Virus record (IMG/VR): IMGVR_UViG_2811995368_000001
Location: 11,894 to 75,893 of that record
From: a virus
Lineage: Duplodnaviria > Caudoviricetes
Reading direction: 5' to 3' (one strand)
DNA length: 64,000 bases
Both the position numbers and the translations under genes were made by a program. The notes beneath the pieces are model-generated. The model was given only the letters and a program-made list of their open reading frames with translations, was not told the DNA's origin and did no database searches. Below, one piece after another: positions 1-7,836 of the stretch. Each line of letters starts with the position of its first letter. Within the stretch, counting starts at the first letter, position 1.

Positions 1-1459
1 GGGCCGTGGTGGCGGGTTTGGTTGTGGCCTGGGGTGCCGGGTCGGCCAGCGGAATGGCGGGCGTGGCGGCCTGCTGTTCGGCGCGCAGCTTCGCTTCAGC
101 TTCGGCCTTCGCCTTGGCCTCTTCCTCCTGCCGGATACGCGCGCGCTCCGCTTCCAGACGGTCGGCCTCGGCCTTCTTGTGCGCGTCGATTCGCGCCGTT
201 ACCGCCAGCTTGAAGTCGTCGAACGGCTTGGCCGCGAGCTGTTGCAGGTCGGCCAGCAGCGCGCGGTGCTCGGCAGCATTCACGTCCAGCCAGCCCAGCT
301 TCGTGCGGATGTCGGCGGCCTGCTGGTCGGCAGCTATCTTGCCGTTCGCCAGCGCGGTGTCGAGCTTGTCCTGCATACTTTCCAGTGTCTTCAGGCCCTT
401 GATGGCGCCCGCGAAGTCCGGGGTGGCAACGTCCATCCGCACGCCGGCAATCTCGCGCTGAAGGTCGGCGACGTGCGTGACGAAAGCCTTGCGGGCCGTC
501 TCCACTTTCTCCGCGCGCCGGCGCGTCTTCTCGCTTTCCAGCAGCTTCTCGGCCATGAGGCGGTTGTCGCGCGTCAGCTTGTAGAGCATGTCTTTCTGGC
601 GCTTCGCTTCATCGACGCTCTGGATTTGCGCCAGCATCATCGTCTCGGCGGAGTTCAGCGCGTCTTCCGCCTTCTTCAGCGCCTTGATCTGGGCGTCGAG
701 GTCGATGAAGTCCTTGTCGGTCTGCGGTTCGCGGATGAGGCGGTTTTCGAGGAAATGCCGCAAGGCCGCCTCGAATACCTGGAAGTTGCTCTGAACCGCG
801 ATTTCGCCGCTGATCTGCACCGCCACCGCCGGCAGCGCCTGCACGGCATCGGCCACGATGACGGGCTTGGCCTCGGGCAGCACGTAGTCGGCCAGGTCGC
901 GGTCGAACTGCGCCCAGCCCGCCTCGATGCGGACGAACCAGGCGGGATCCGGCAGGACTTCGACATGCACGCAGTTATCGGGCGTGCCGTCGGATACGGT
1001 GAAGATGACGCGCTTGGCGCCCGTCACCAGCATGATTTGCTGGCACTGGGGCATGTGCTCGTCGGGTAGCACGCCGGCGGCGACAGACGCGGCCAGCTCG
1101 GCGGCCCATTGCTTGTGCTCGAAGGCCGTGTCGTAGCCCATCGTCAGGCCGTCGCACGACGCGGAGAGGATGCCGCCGGTGTCCTCGTTGGAGCACGTCA
1201 CCGGGTACAGGTCTTCGCCGATCAGGTCTTCGATGATGGGGCGCGCCATCGCTTCGACTTCGTGGCCGTAGTCGAGGATGTTCACCTGCACCCAGTCGCT
1301 GAATTCCTTGGGCGTGCCGGTGTGTTTCATGCGCAGCAGTTCGGAGCGCGTCGTTTTCTTCGACAAGCCCAGCATCGCCGCCGCCTCGCTGGCGCCGTGG
1401 TGGGTCAGGCGGAAGGCTTGCCACTCGGGGCTGCCTTGCTGAAGGTCATGGATTTTCAT
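1..1459 (-). CDS. YqaJ-like viral recombinase/exonuclease with long coiled-coil C-terminus (3' end runs off window)
   Basis: Absent from ORF track because it has no stop in the window; translated by hand from ATG at 1459: MKIHDLQQGSPEWQAFRLTHHGASEAAAMLG...GHEVE...SASCDG...FEHK...QCQQ; ATGA overlap with upstream gene. Confidence 0.88.
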   Translation of the reverse strand, partial: MKIHDLQQGSPEWQAFRLTHHGASEAAAMLGLSKKTTRSELLRMKHTGTPKEFSDWVQVNILDYGHEVEAMARPIIEDLIGEDLYPVTCSNEDTGGILSASCDGLTMGYDTAFEHKQWAAELAASVAAGVLPDEHMPQCQQIMLVTGAKRVIFTVSDGTPDNCVHVEVLPDPAWFVRIEAGWAQFDRDLADYVLPEAKPVIVADAVQALPAVAVQISGEIAVQSNFQVFEAALRHFLENRLIREPQTDKDFIDLDAQIKALKKAEDALNSAETMMLAQIQSVDEAKRQKDMLYKLTRDNRLMAEKLLESEKTRRRAEKVETARKAFVTHVADLQREIAGVRMDVATPDFAGAIKGLKTLESMQDKLDTALANGKIAADQQAADIRTKLGWLDVNAAEHRALLADLQQLAAKPFDDFKLAVTARIDAHKKAEADRLEAERARIRQEEEAKAKAEAEAKLRAEQQAATPAIPLADPAPQATTKPATTA

Positions 1460-2553
1460 TCTTGAGCACCCCCGGCGCTGGCCCAGCCCGCAATCTCCAT
1501 CTTCATGTCGGGCGTGAGCAGTTCTTTGGTTTCGATCATGGCGATGAGGTCATTCACCGGCTTGCCGGCTTCGACCTGCTTCTTCCAGCCCGCCGACTTC
1601 TTGGCGAAGTTTTCGGCGCTGCACGTCGGCAACGTCTTCCCGCCGCCCGTGCCCGCGCCGCCGGTGTTTCCGGTGCCCGCGCCAGCACTCTTTCCGGCCT
1701 GCTCGGCTTTGTTCTCCATGACGCTCTTCCACGAGGATTCCCCGTCACGGATGGCGCCGTAGATGCCGCGCAGATTGACCAGCTCGGCAGGCGAGCAGGT
1801 GTCCAGCGTGTGGCCCAGGTATTCGGTCAGGTCGGCAGCCTTGACGCCGATTTCGCCGAAGGCATCGGCGATGCGCTTGCGCTCGGTGTCCGGGTCGCGC
1901 GCCGCTTCGTCGAGGCGGATTGCCTTGATGATGGATTCGGCCTCGTCCTGCATGTCGCCGGGGATGATGCGCAGGCCCAAGGTGCGGATGGCCTTGGAGA
2001 TTTGCGCGGCGCGCTTGTTCAGCAGGTCATCGTCGGTGGCGGGCACCGTATAGACGTTGCGGTTGTAGCTGTTCTTGCGCACGCTGATGTAGGTGCCATC
2101 GTCGGCGGGCTTCGAGCGTTCGACGGTCTTGGTCACGCGCACGTCGAGCGGATAGGTCAGGTTGGATTCCAGGTCGGTCACGCTGACGCGGTGGATTTCC
2201 TTGCTCTCGTCCTCGAAGATCATGGTGGTTTCCACCAGGACGTTCGTCATGCAGCGTAGGGCGACTTCGACGAAGCGGATGCCCAGACCTTCCACGCCGT
2301 CGCCGATGGGCTTGCGGTAGTAGGCGCTCTTGTTATGCGCGAAGCTGGGGCGCTTGCATTCCTTCAGCAGGTCTTGGCGAACCTGATCCCAGTTGCGCGG
2401 ACGGCGCAGCGCCATCACGTAGCGGGCTTCGACGACGGCCTTGGCCTGTGCGGCCACGTAGGCGGACGCGGTTTCGGTGGTAGCGAGCGTGACGGCAGAG
2501 CCGCCGAACTCTTGGCGGGCAGCGAGCGCGCCGCCCTGTTGCATGTCGTTCAT
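1456..2553 (-). CDS. Phage recombination-associated protein (putative ssDNA-annealing partner of YqaJ)
   Basis: 365 aa ORF with AGGAG RBS, coupled to the exonuclease gene; function inferred from position only. Confidence 0.55.
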   Translation of the reverse strand: MNDMQQGGALAARQEFGGSAVTLATTETASAYVAAQAKAVVEARYVMALRRPRNWDQVRQDLLKECKRPSFAHNKSAYYRKPIGDGVEGLGIRFVEVALRCMTNVLVETTMIFEDESKEIHRVSVTDLESNLTYPLDVRVTKTVERSKPADDGTYISVRKNSYNRNVYTVPATDDDLLNKRAAQISKAIRTLGLRIIPGDMQDEAESIIKAIRLDEAARDPDTERKRIADAFGEIGVKAADLTEYLGHTLDTCSPAELVNLRGIYGAIRDGESSWKSVMENKAEQAGKSAGAGTGNTGGAGTGGGKTLPTCSAENFAKKSAGWKKQVEAGKPVNDLIAMIETKELLTPDMKMEIAGWASAGGAQE

Positions 2554-2584
2554 GGTTTCTCCTTGATGATGGGATGGGCGGCGG

Positions 2585-2683
2585 TTACAGCGTCACCTTG
2601 GCGAGGCGCCAGGACTTGCGGATGCCGTACCCGCGTTTGAGGTAGTAGTGAAAATCGGCCAGCAGTTTCAGCGTCTTCTTCAT
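2585..2683 (-). CDS. Small hypothetical protein (MKKTLKLLADFHYY...)
   Basis: ATGA overlap with upstream ORF, fits operon packing. Confidence 0.4.
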   Translation of the reverse strand: MKKTLKLLADFHYYLKRGYGIRKSWRLAKVTL

Positions 2684-2877
2684 CGGGCCGGCTCCACGCT
2701 GATTTTGGAAATGCCGAACCGTTCGAGCGCGTCGATGGCGGCGTCGCAGGTGCTGGCGAAGAGCGCGGCGTAGCGGAAGCGTGCGCCGGTGGTCGTCGTC
2801 ACCTTGACCTGGCACTTGATGAGCGGCTTGGGGCGTGCGAAGTCGCCCGCCAAGGCCGCAGCCTGCGGTGTGCTCAT
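2680..2877 (-). CDS. Small hypothetical phage protein
   Basis: ATG at 2877 after AAAGGGA; fits leftward operon. Confidence 0.5.
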   Translation of the reverse strand: MSTPQAAALAGDFARPKPLIKCQVKVTTTTGARFRYAALFASTCDAAIDALERFGISKISVEPAR

Positions 2878-2888
2878 GGCTATCCCTT

Positions 2889-3455
2889 TCAGATGGTTCC
2901 GAACGGATGCAGGCACCGCTTGGCGTCGATGTACGCCTGCTGGGCCTGCAATGGGTCGGAGAAATGGCCCAGGAATTGACGCTCCCGGTTCAGCGTGATG
3001 TGGGCGCGGAATGTGCCTTCGCGCCGGCCTTGGCTGACGCCTATCAGGCCGGTGCTGCTATGCCGCGCTGCGCGGCGGCGGTTCTGCTGGTTCTCGGTAT
3101 TCGAGAGTTCGCGCAGGTTGCCGATGCGGTTGTCGTCGCGCCTGCCGTTGATGTGATCGACCAGCTTTTCCGGCCAGACCCCATACATGTAGAGCCACGC
3201 GAGACGGTGCGCGTTGTAGTCCTTGCCCGCGATGCGAATGCGGACGTAGCCGTTGCGCCGCGTGCCGGCGGGTTTGCCGGCGGGAGCGCGGTTCGACTGG
3301 GGAACACGCCAGGTGAAGACGCCGGTGTAGGGGTCATAGTGCAGAAGGAGCCGGAGCACTTCCGCCGTGATCGCCGGAGTGCCAGTTTCCGCGCCGCGAA
3401 AAAACCGGGCGGCCTGCTCGGCAGGCTCGCCCGGATACATGACACATGCCGACAT
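2889..3455 (-). CDS. HNH homing endonuclease with C-terminal AP2-like DNA-binding domain (start uncertain)
   Basis: AHRLAW...VDHINGRRDDNRIGNLR HNH motif; GVS...FRAHITLN...LGHF...AQQAY AP2-like tail. Confidence 0.85.
   Translation of the reverse strand: MSACVMYPGEPAEQAARFFRGAETGTPAITAEVLRLLLHYDPYTGVFTWRVPQSNRAPAGKPAGTRRNGYVRIRIAGKDYNAHRLAWLYMYGVWPEKLVDHINGRRDDNRIGNLRELSNTENQQNRRRAARHSSTGLIGVSQGRREGTFRAHITLNRERQFLGHFSDPLQAQQAYIDAKRCLHPFGTI
3399..3434 (-). terminator. Hairpin downstream of VR2 (DGR target-recognition hairpin) followed by T6, also shaped like an intrinsic terminator
   Basis: Minus strand CCGGGCG-A-GCCTGC-CGA-GCAGGC-CGCCCGG-TTTTTT. Confidence 0.7.
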
Positions 3456-3461
3456 GACCCA

Positions 3462-4436
3462 TTACACCTTTGCGAGGCGACCGCCGATACTCGCGTTGAC
3501 GTCCGACGCGGGATTATTGACATTGAGGCAGAACAACCCATCGTTCGCCCCGTTCGCCCAATGGCCGCCGTGGTAGGCGACGCCGCCAGACCAGAACCAC
3601 GAGTAGTTGCCGTAGGCCGCGTCCTCTTGCTCGTCGCGGGTCTTCTTCGGCACGAACACCGCGCCCAGGTCGAAGCCCTCGCCGACGTTGCGCAGGCGCT
3701 TGTGGATCCAGCCATGCTCCGGCGCTTCGATGCTGGTGTTGAGCAGGTTGCGGTGGCCGTCCTTGCCCCAGATGAGGAACTCGCGGTTCGCGCTGGTCTG
3801 CAAGCCGTCCAGCATCTGCCAGACGTTACCCCAGAGGCCCGTGATGCCACGGTAGGCGGCCTGCACCACCTCGGCGTCATCGACCTTGCGCACGCCGTTT
3901 CCGTCGGTGTAGCCCTCGCCCAGAATGGACTTGACGTTGGGCGTGCCGCACTCGATCAGGGCCAGCGCCTGGATGGCCGCGAGCTGGTAGATGCTCCACA
4001 ACATCCAGCCATCGCCGCGCGCGGCGGCGCGCGCCTGCATGGTGGGGAAGTCGATGCGCGCCAGCGGCATCAGGCCGGCTTGCGAACCCAGCTTGTCGTC
4101 GCCGTCCGGCGTGCCCTGGTACTTGCCCAGCCAGTATTGCGCGAGGTCGGCGCCGTGGTTGCGGAAGGCCGGATGCAGCGCGTAGCCTTCGGCGGGTTCG
4201 TCGCTCACCCAGAGCGCCTTCTTGCCCAGCAGCGGGCCGTCGCGCACGATGTCGGAGCGGTAGTAGAAGGCCGGCACACGCACCATGCTCTGGCCGTCGA
4301 TGTCCTCGTCGGCGATGCCGGCGAAAGTCGGGTGGTTGCTGAAGAAGCTGGCGTCCGGGTCGATGATGGCGCCGCTGTTGTCGATGCGCGTCCAGGGCGC
4401 GTGCTTCTTGCCGAAGACGATGCCGATTTGGCTCAT
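3462..4436 (-). CDS. DGR target protein 2: stand-alone C-type-lectin-fold (Mtd/FGE-like) domain, paralogue of tail-fibre C-terminus
   Basis: ATG at 4436 with AAAGGA RBS (324 aa); collinear similarity to last ~330 aa of 56485-59049 (HPTF/HPTY, MVRVPAFY/MVKVPAFY, LHPAF, ADLAQYW.GKYQG, IDFPTMQARA, GLW.NVWQM.DGL); ends in VR2 and GGRLAKV. Confidence 0.92.
   Translation of the reverse strand: MSQIGIVFGKKHAPWTRIDNSGAIIDPDASFFSNHPTFAGIADEDIDGQSMVRVPAFYYRSDIVRDGPLLGKKALWVSDEPAEGYALHPAFRNHGADLAQYWLGKYQGTPDGDDKLGSQAGLMPLARIDFPTMQARAAARGDGWMLWSIYQLAAIQALALIECGTPNVKSILGEGYTDGNGVRKVDDAEVVQAAYRGITGLWGNVWQMLDGLQTSANREFLIWGKDGHRNLLNTSIEAPEHGWIHKRLRNVGEGFDLGAVFVPKKTRDEQEDAAYGNYSWFWSGGVAYHGGHWANGANDGLFCLNVNNPASDVNASIGGRLAKV
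3469..3572 (-). repeat. DGR variable repeat VR2
   Basis: 104 bp, 99/104 identical to TR 60420-60523; all 5 mismatches at TR adenines. Confidence 0.95.
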
Positions 4437-4681
4437 GTTGATGTCCTTTGCGTTGATGGGGGTGCTTGATGGGCGGTGATGGGTTCCGGCTTTCACCATG
4501 TCCGGCATGGGCCTGTGCGCGTTCAGGCTCGCGTCCTACTCGCTGCGTCTGGCTGCGCACGACCGCCGGGGCAGTCCCATACCAGCATCCGCTTTCGTTC
4601 CGGTTTCCACGACCTCCGGCTGGTCGAATAGACATGCGCCCGGTTTGATTCCCAGTCCAGCCTGTCAGTGGGGTCGGAAGG

Positions 4682-4757
4682 TGGTAGCGGCGGCTGGAAT
4701 CGAACCAGCGACCTCCGGGTTATGAACCCGGCGAGCTTCCAACTGCTCTACGCCGCA
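4682..4757 (-). tRNA. tRNA-Met(CAT), initiator (fMet)-type
   Basis: 76-nt cloverleaf with encoded CCA; anticodon arm CCGGG-TTCATAA-CCCGG (three G:C pairs), U1:U72 mismatch, A11:U24, GTTCGA T loop. Confidence 0.92.
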
Positions 4758-4763
4758 ATTCGG

Positions 4764-5027
4764 TCAATCGAGGCCGGTTTCGGGCGGCGCGGTGCGCACG
4801 ATGCGCGCCGCTTCCTCGAAGGCTTTGGCGAGCTGCTCCCGGCGCGCCGGCGACTTGGGCAGCCAGAACGTCACGGCGCTGCGGTCATCGTCCTGCGGCG
4901 GGTGGTGCAGCCGTTCGCTGCTGTGCAAGATGAACTGAACGGCGTGATACGTGACGCCGGTGTTGCTCGGCTTCTCCACCCGCAACACCTCATCGGTCAG
5001 CTCTTGGCTGTAGATGTTGATGCGCAT
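4764..5027 (-). CDS. Hypothetical phage protein (MRINIYSQELTDEV...)
   Basis: ATG at 5027 with TAAGGA RBS. Confidence 0.65.
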   Translation of the reverse strand: MRINIYSQELTDEVLRVEKPSNTGVTYHAVQFILHSSERLHHPPQDDDRSAVTFWLPKSPARREQLAKAFEEAARIVRTAPPETGLD

Positions 5028-5031
5028 GTCC

Positions 5032-5319
5032 TTACCCCTGCACGGCGCAGTGGAAGTGCCCGGTGAAGGCGTAGCGGAAGTGCGCCCGTGCGCTGGTGTT
5101 GCCGATAGTGCGCTGGCGGAAGGTGCGGTCGTCATACTGGCCGCCCTTCGCCATCCAGCCGAAGGCGATGCCAAGATGCAGCACGCGATCACGCCAGCCG
5201 CGTCCGCTGCCGCTCCGACGGAAGCCGCCAAGGATCCCCGGCGGGGTGGGGCCATCGACGGCCCAGCCAGTGCCGGCCAGGGCTATGCGACGGAAGAAGC
5301 GTTCGATGCGTTTCATCAT
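5032..5319 (-). CDS. Hypothetical protein
   Basis: ATG at 5319 preceded by GGAG; fits operon. Confidence 0.45.
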   Translation of the reverse strand: MMKRIERFFRRIALAGTGWAVDGPTPPGILGGFRRSGSGRGWRDRVLHLGIAFGWMAKGGQYDDRTFRQRTIGNTSARAHFRYAFTGHFHCAVQG

Positions 5320-5642
5320 GGTGGCGATGCTCCGGTGGTTGATGAGGTTGATGGCGGTCGGGCTACCTGCACCATTTGCAAGCGCGCTTTTCTCGCCCGT
5401 GTGTGCGGGGTCGTCGAGGCTCGTCCGCCGCCTGCCCGTCCTCACGGGTAGGGGATTCGGTCATGCGACCGCCATCAAGGGGCACCCCGGAGACAGGCTC
5501 CAACTGGCCTCGGGTGGGTACTTCGCTCTGGGTTGGTCGTCACTGGATTTGCCCAGGGTGCCTATTGATGGCCCCGGCCTTTCACCGGGCTGCGACTGTT
5601 GGCGTCGTCCCTCCGCCTATCGCGCGGCGGCGCAGGCGTGGA

Positions 5643-5939
5643 TTACGCGGCGGCGGCCTCGGTGCTCTCGGGCGGCTCGGCCACGCGCAGGTAGGGATGC
5701 TTCTCGGTTTCCTTCTTGATGTGCTGGCTGAAGTGCGTACCCAGCGATTCGGCGCTGTCGAAGGTGGCGAAGTCTTCGGGGGTGAAGTTGCCGTAGTGGT
5801 ACAGCGCGCCGTGGCTGCCGTCGGCACGCTTGAAGCGGATGGCGAGGGTGTTGGTTTCGGCGTTGTGGCCGATCTCGGCGATGCGCGAGGATTCGACCGC
5901 CTTCATGGCGATGGGACTGGCGTCAATTTGCGTGGTCAT
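5643..5939 (-). CDS. KTSC domain protein
   Basis: VESSRIAEIGHNAETNTLAIRF...LYHY...AESLGTHF matches KTSC pattern. Confidence 0.85.
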   Translation of the reverse strand: MTTQIDASPIAMKAVESSRIAEIGHNAETNTLAIRFKRADGSHGALYHYGNFTPEDFATFDSAESLGTHFSQHIKKETEKHPYLRVAEPPESTEAAAA

Positions 5940-6376
5940 GGTGGGCCTTTCGGTTGTGGTTGAGGGAAGCATCAGCACCGGCGACTGGGTGCAATCGGCG
6001 GTGGTGATGGCCCTGTTGCCAGGGCATCACTCCGGCCAGACGCTGGGCCTGGCCGGTTGCGGCATTGATGCGACGTAGTGCGCGCGCCGCGCCCCTGCTA
6101 TGCCCGCTGTCACGGGCGTCTCGCCCCGACTTCGCGGGGCCTGGTGCAGGTGGCTTTACTTCTGCCCGTCGTTACCTGCGCCACGGACGGGTGGGCGTTC
6201 GCAGTTCGCAAATGGCGAACAAGCGAACCGAACCTATGGTTTCAACGCAGCCCCACGGGCCACTCCCCCAGGGAGATTCGGGTTTCGCGCACTTTTGCTT
6301 CTGCCGTGCGCGCCACGGGGCAGGAGGTTGTCGCCGCCCGCTTTCGCAGGGGCCTCGCCTCTATTCATCCACCAAG

Positions 6377-6410
6377 TTTTTAAGGAGCGTTGCGCTTGGC
6401 AGTTGCCTGC
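6377..6410 (-). promoter_or_regulatory. nut-like antitermination site (GNRA hairpin + boxA-like)
   Basis: Minus strand GCAG-GCAA-CTGC hairpin then CGCTCCTTAAAAA just downstream of PL. Confidence 0.5.
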
Positions 6411-6424
6411 TGTTGCGCGTGTTG

Positions 6425-6475
6425 TTAGGCGAATCTTAGGCGACGCCTAACGATGTGTCAATAGGCAAAGCCTAA
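6425..6475 (-). promoter_or_regulatory. Leftward early promoter PL with three OL operators
   Basis: TTGACA(6461-6456)-N17-TAAGAT(6438-6433); operators TTAGGCGAATCTTAG 6425, TTAGGCGACGCCTAA 6436, ATAGGCAAAGCCTAA 6461. Confidence 0.85.
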
Positions 6476-6597
6476 GATTTTTGACAAAACAAAACCCGGC
6501 CATGTGGCCGGGCTTGGGGAGGGTGAAAAATGGGAAGGTGCGAGGTGCCAGCTATGTCAGCGGCAAAGGTGGTTGTGTATCGCGGCGCATCGCGTGG

Positions 6598-6819
6598 CTA
6601 CGAACTTCTGTCCATGCGGCGCTTGAGGCCGTCGCGGTAGAGAATCGCGCCGATGTCGGAAAGCGCGGCCATGTCGTCTTCGGTGAGCCGGTCTTTGGCG
6701 AGTTGCATCCAGCTCGCCAGCTTGACGATGGCATCATCAGGTTGGGTAGGCTGGCCCGTGGCGTCTAGCACCTCGGCCCGATTCTCGAAGAGGGCGATCA
6801 GCGGGTGCAGGTTTTCCAT
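6598..6819 (-). CDS. Small hypothetical protein in the repressor operon
   Basis: 73 aa ORF with GAGGT RBS directly after 6824-7255. Confidence 0.6.
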   Translation of the reverse strand: MENLHPLIALFENRAEVLDATGQPTQPDDAIVKLASWMQLAKDRLTEDDMAALSDIGAILYRDGLKRRMDRSS

Positions 6820-6823
6820 GCCA

Positions 6824-7255
6824 CTACCTCATTCCAGCGCCTTGCAGGCCAAGGATAATCACTGGGACATTCGGCTCAAGGGTAGAGTCCCAAACGGTCT
6901 TCAGGTCTTCGGTCTTCAGGCCGGACAGTTCCTTGAGGCGTTCGCGTACCGCTTCGCCCGCATATAAGGGATGTGCGCCGCGCCGCTGTGCCCGTGCATA
7001 GCTGGCTTCGATGAATGTGCCCGCCATCGCGGCCACCCCGCACGCAGCTACCACGTTCTTGTCGGCGCGCTTCGTCTTCGATGCGTCGTCCCAGCACTTC
7101 ATTTCGTCCGCGAACATTTGGTTCACGTTGCCCTCTATGTAGGCTTGAAACATCATGCCTGCGATCTGGGTTATCTGCTGCGGTGACAGGAGTGACCCAT
7201 CGGCCCAAGCCGCAGGCGAAACCAGTAGGACTATGTAGAGAAACAGCTTTTTCAT
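6824..7255 (-). CDS. Secreted/periplasmic protein (lysogenic-conversion or exclusion candidate)
   Basis: Signal peptide MKKLFLYIVLLVSPAAWA; lower GC; directly downstream of repressor. Confidence 0.7.
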   Translation of the reverse strand: MKKLFLYIVLLVSPAAWADGSLLSPQQITQIAGMMFQAYIEGNVNQMFADEMKCWDDASKTKRADKNVVAACGVAAMAGTFIEASYARAQRRGAHPLYAGEAVRERLKELSGLKTEDLKTVWDSTLEPNVPVIILGLQGAGMR

Positions 7256-7298
7256 CCCGATCCTTTCTCACGGAATTGCGTCATTGACCCAGACCAGT

Positions 7299-7757
7299 TT
7301 AAGCCGCGTTCTTGGTCTTTTTTCTCTCGTGTAGCAGCTTGGCGGCACTGGCTTTCCATACGTTCAGTATGCCGTGCGCCGTGGCATCAAGCCAAGGCGG
7401 GACTTTGCCCACCCCAAGAATCGCATCCACGATTGCCCTGGTGGCGTCATCCGCACGCTCGTAGGCATCCCATACTGACGGTTGTTCGCTGGTCGAATCA
7501 GGGGTGGACGCGCTACCGCTGTCCGCCGGCAATTCCTTCAGGCCCCAGTGTTCCGGCCCGACGACATCCGAGAAATAGCGCCACAACTCCGGCAGCTTTT
7601 CCTTCGAGATCGTCCCCCGTTTTTTCCAATCGGCAAGGGACGGCTGCTTCACGCCGAAGTGGCGAGCGACTTCCACTTCGCGGCTGATCGCTCCCGAAGC
7701 CTTTTTTAGTTTTATGGCCTGGGCAATAGCCTGGCCTAGTTCTTTCCCATTAAGCAT
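7299..7757 (-). CDS. CI-like HTH repressor without peptidase domain
   Basis: HTH EVARHFGVKQPSLADWKKRG; divergent from cro across operator array. Confidence 0.8.
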   Translation of the reverse strand: MLNGKELGQAIAQAIKLKKASGAISREVEVARHFGVKQPSLADWKKRGTISKEKLPELWRYFSDVVGPEHWGLKELPADSGSASTPDSTSEQPSVWDAYERADDATRAIVDAILGVGKVPPWLDATAHGILNVWKASAAKLLHERKKTKNAA

Positions 7758-7828
7758 TGCCTAAGAATCCTCTACCGTGCATGTGTTAGGCAATTCCTAT
7801 TGACATGAAATTAGGCGTCGCCTAAGAT
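7750..7828 (+). promoter_or_regulatory. Rightward early promoter PR with three OR operators
   Basis: TTGACA(7800-7805)-N17-TAAGAT(7823-7828); operators TTAAGCATTGCCTAA 7750, TTAGGCAATTCCTAT 7786, TTAGGCGTCGCCTAA 7811. Confidence 0.85.
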
Positions 7829-7836
7829 TCGTCCTT

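Noticed and set aside
3462-4436. Target 2 as a decayed duplicate or silent recombination cassette
   Set aside because: Intact frame and RBS, diverged body but conserved VR, IMH and compensated hairpin; no invertase or inversion sites seen
179-4469. Plus-strand ORFs across the early left region
   Set aside because: Shadows of the minus-strand operon, which has recognisable domains
4682-4757. tRNA as the prophage integration site
   Set aside because: Phage genes lie on both sides and no partial duplicate was seen near the integrase
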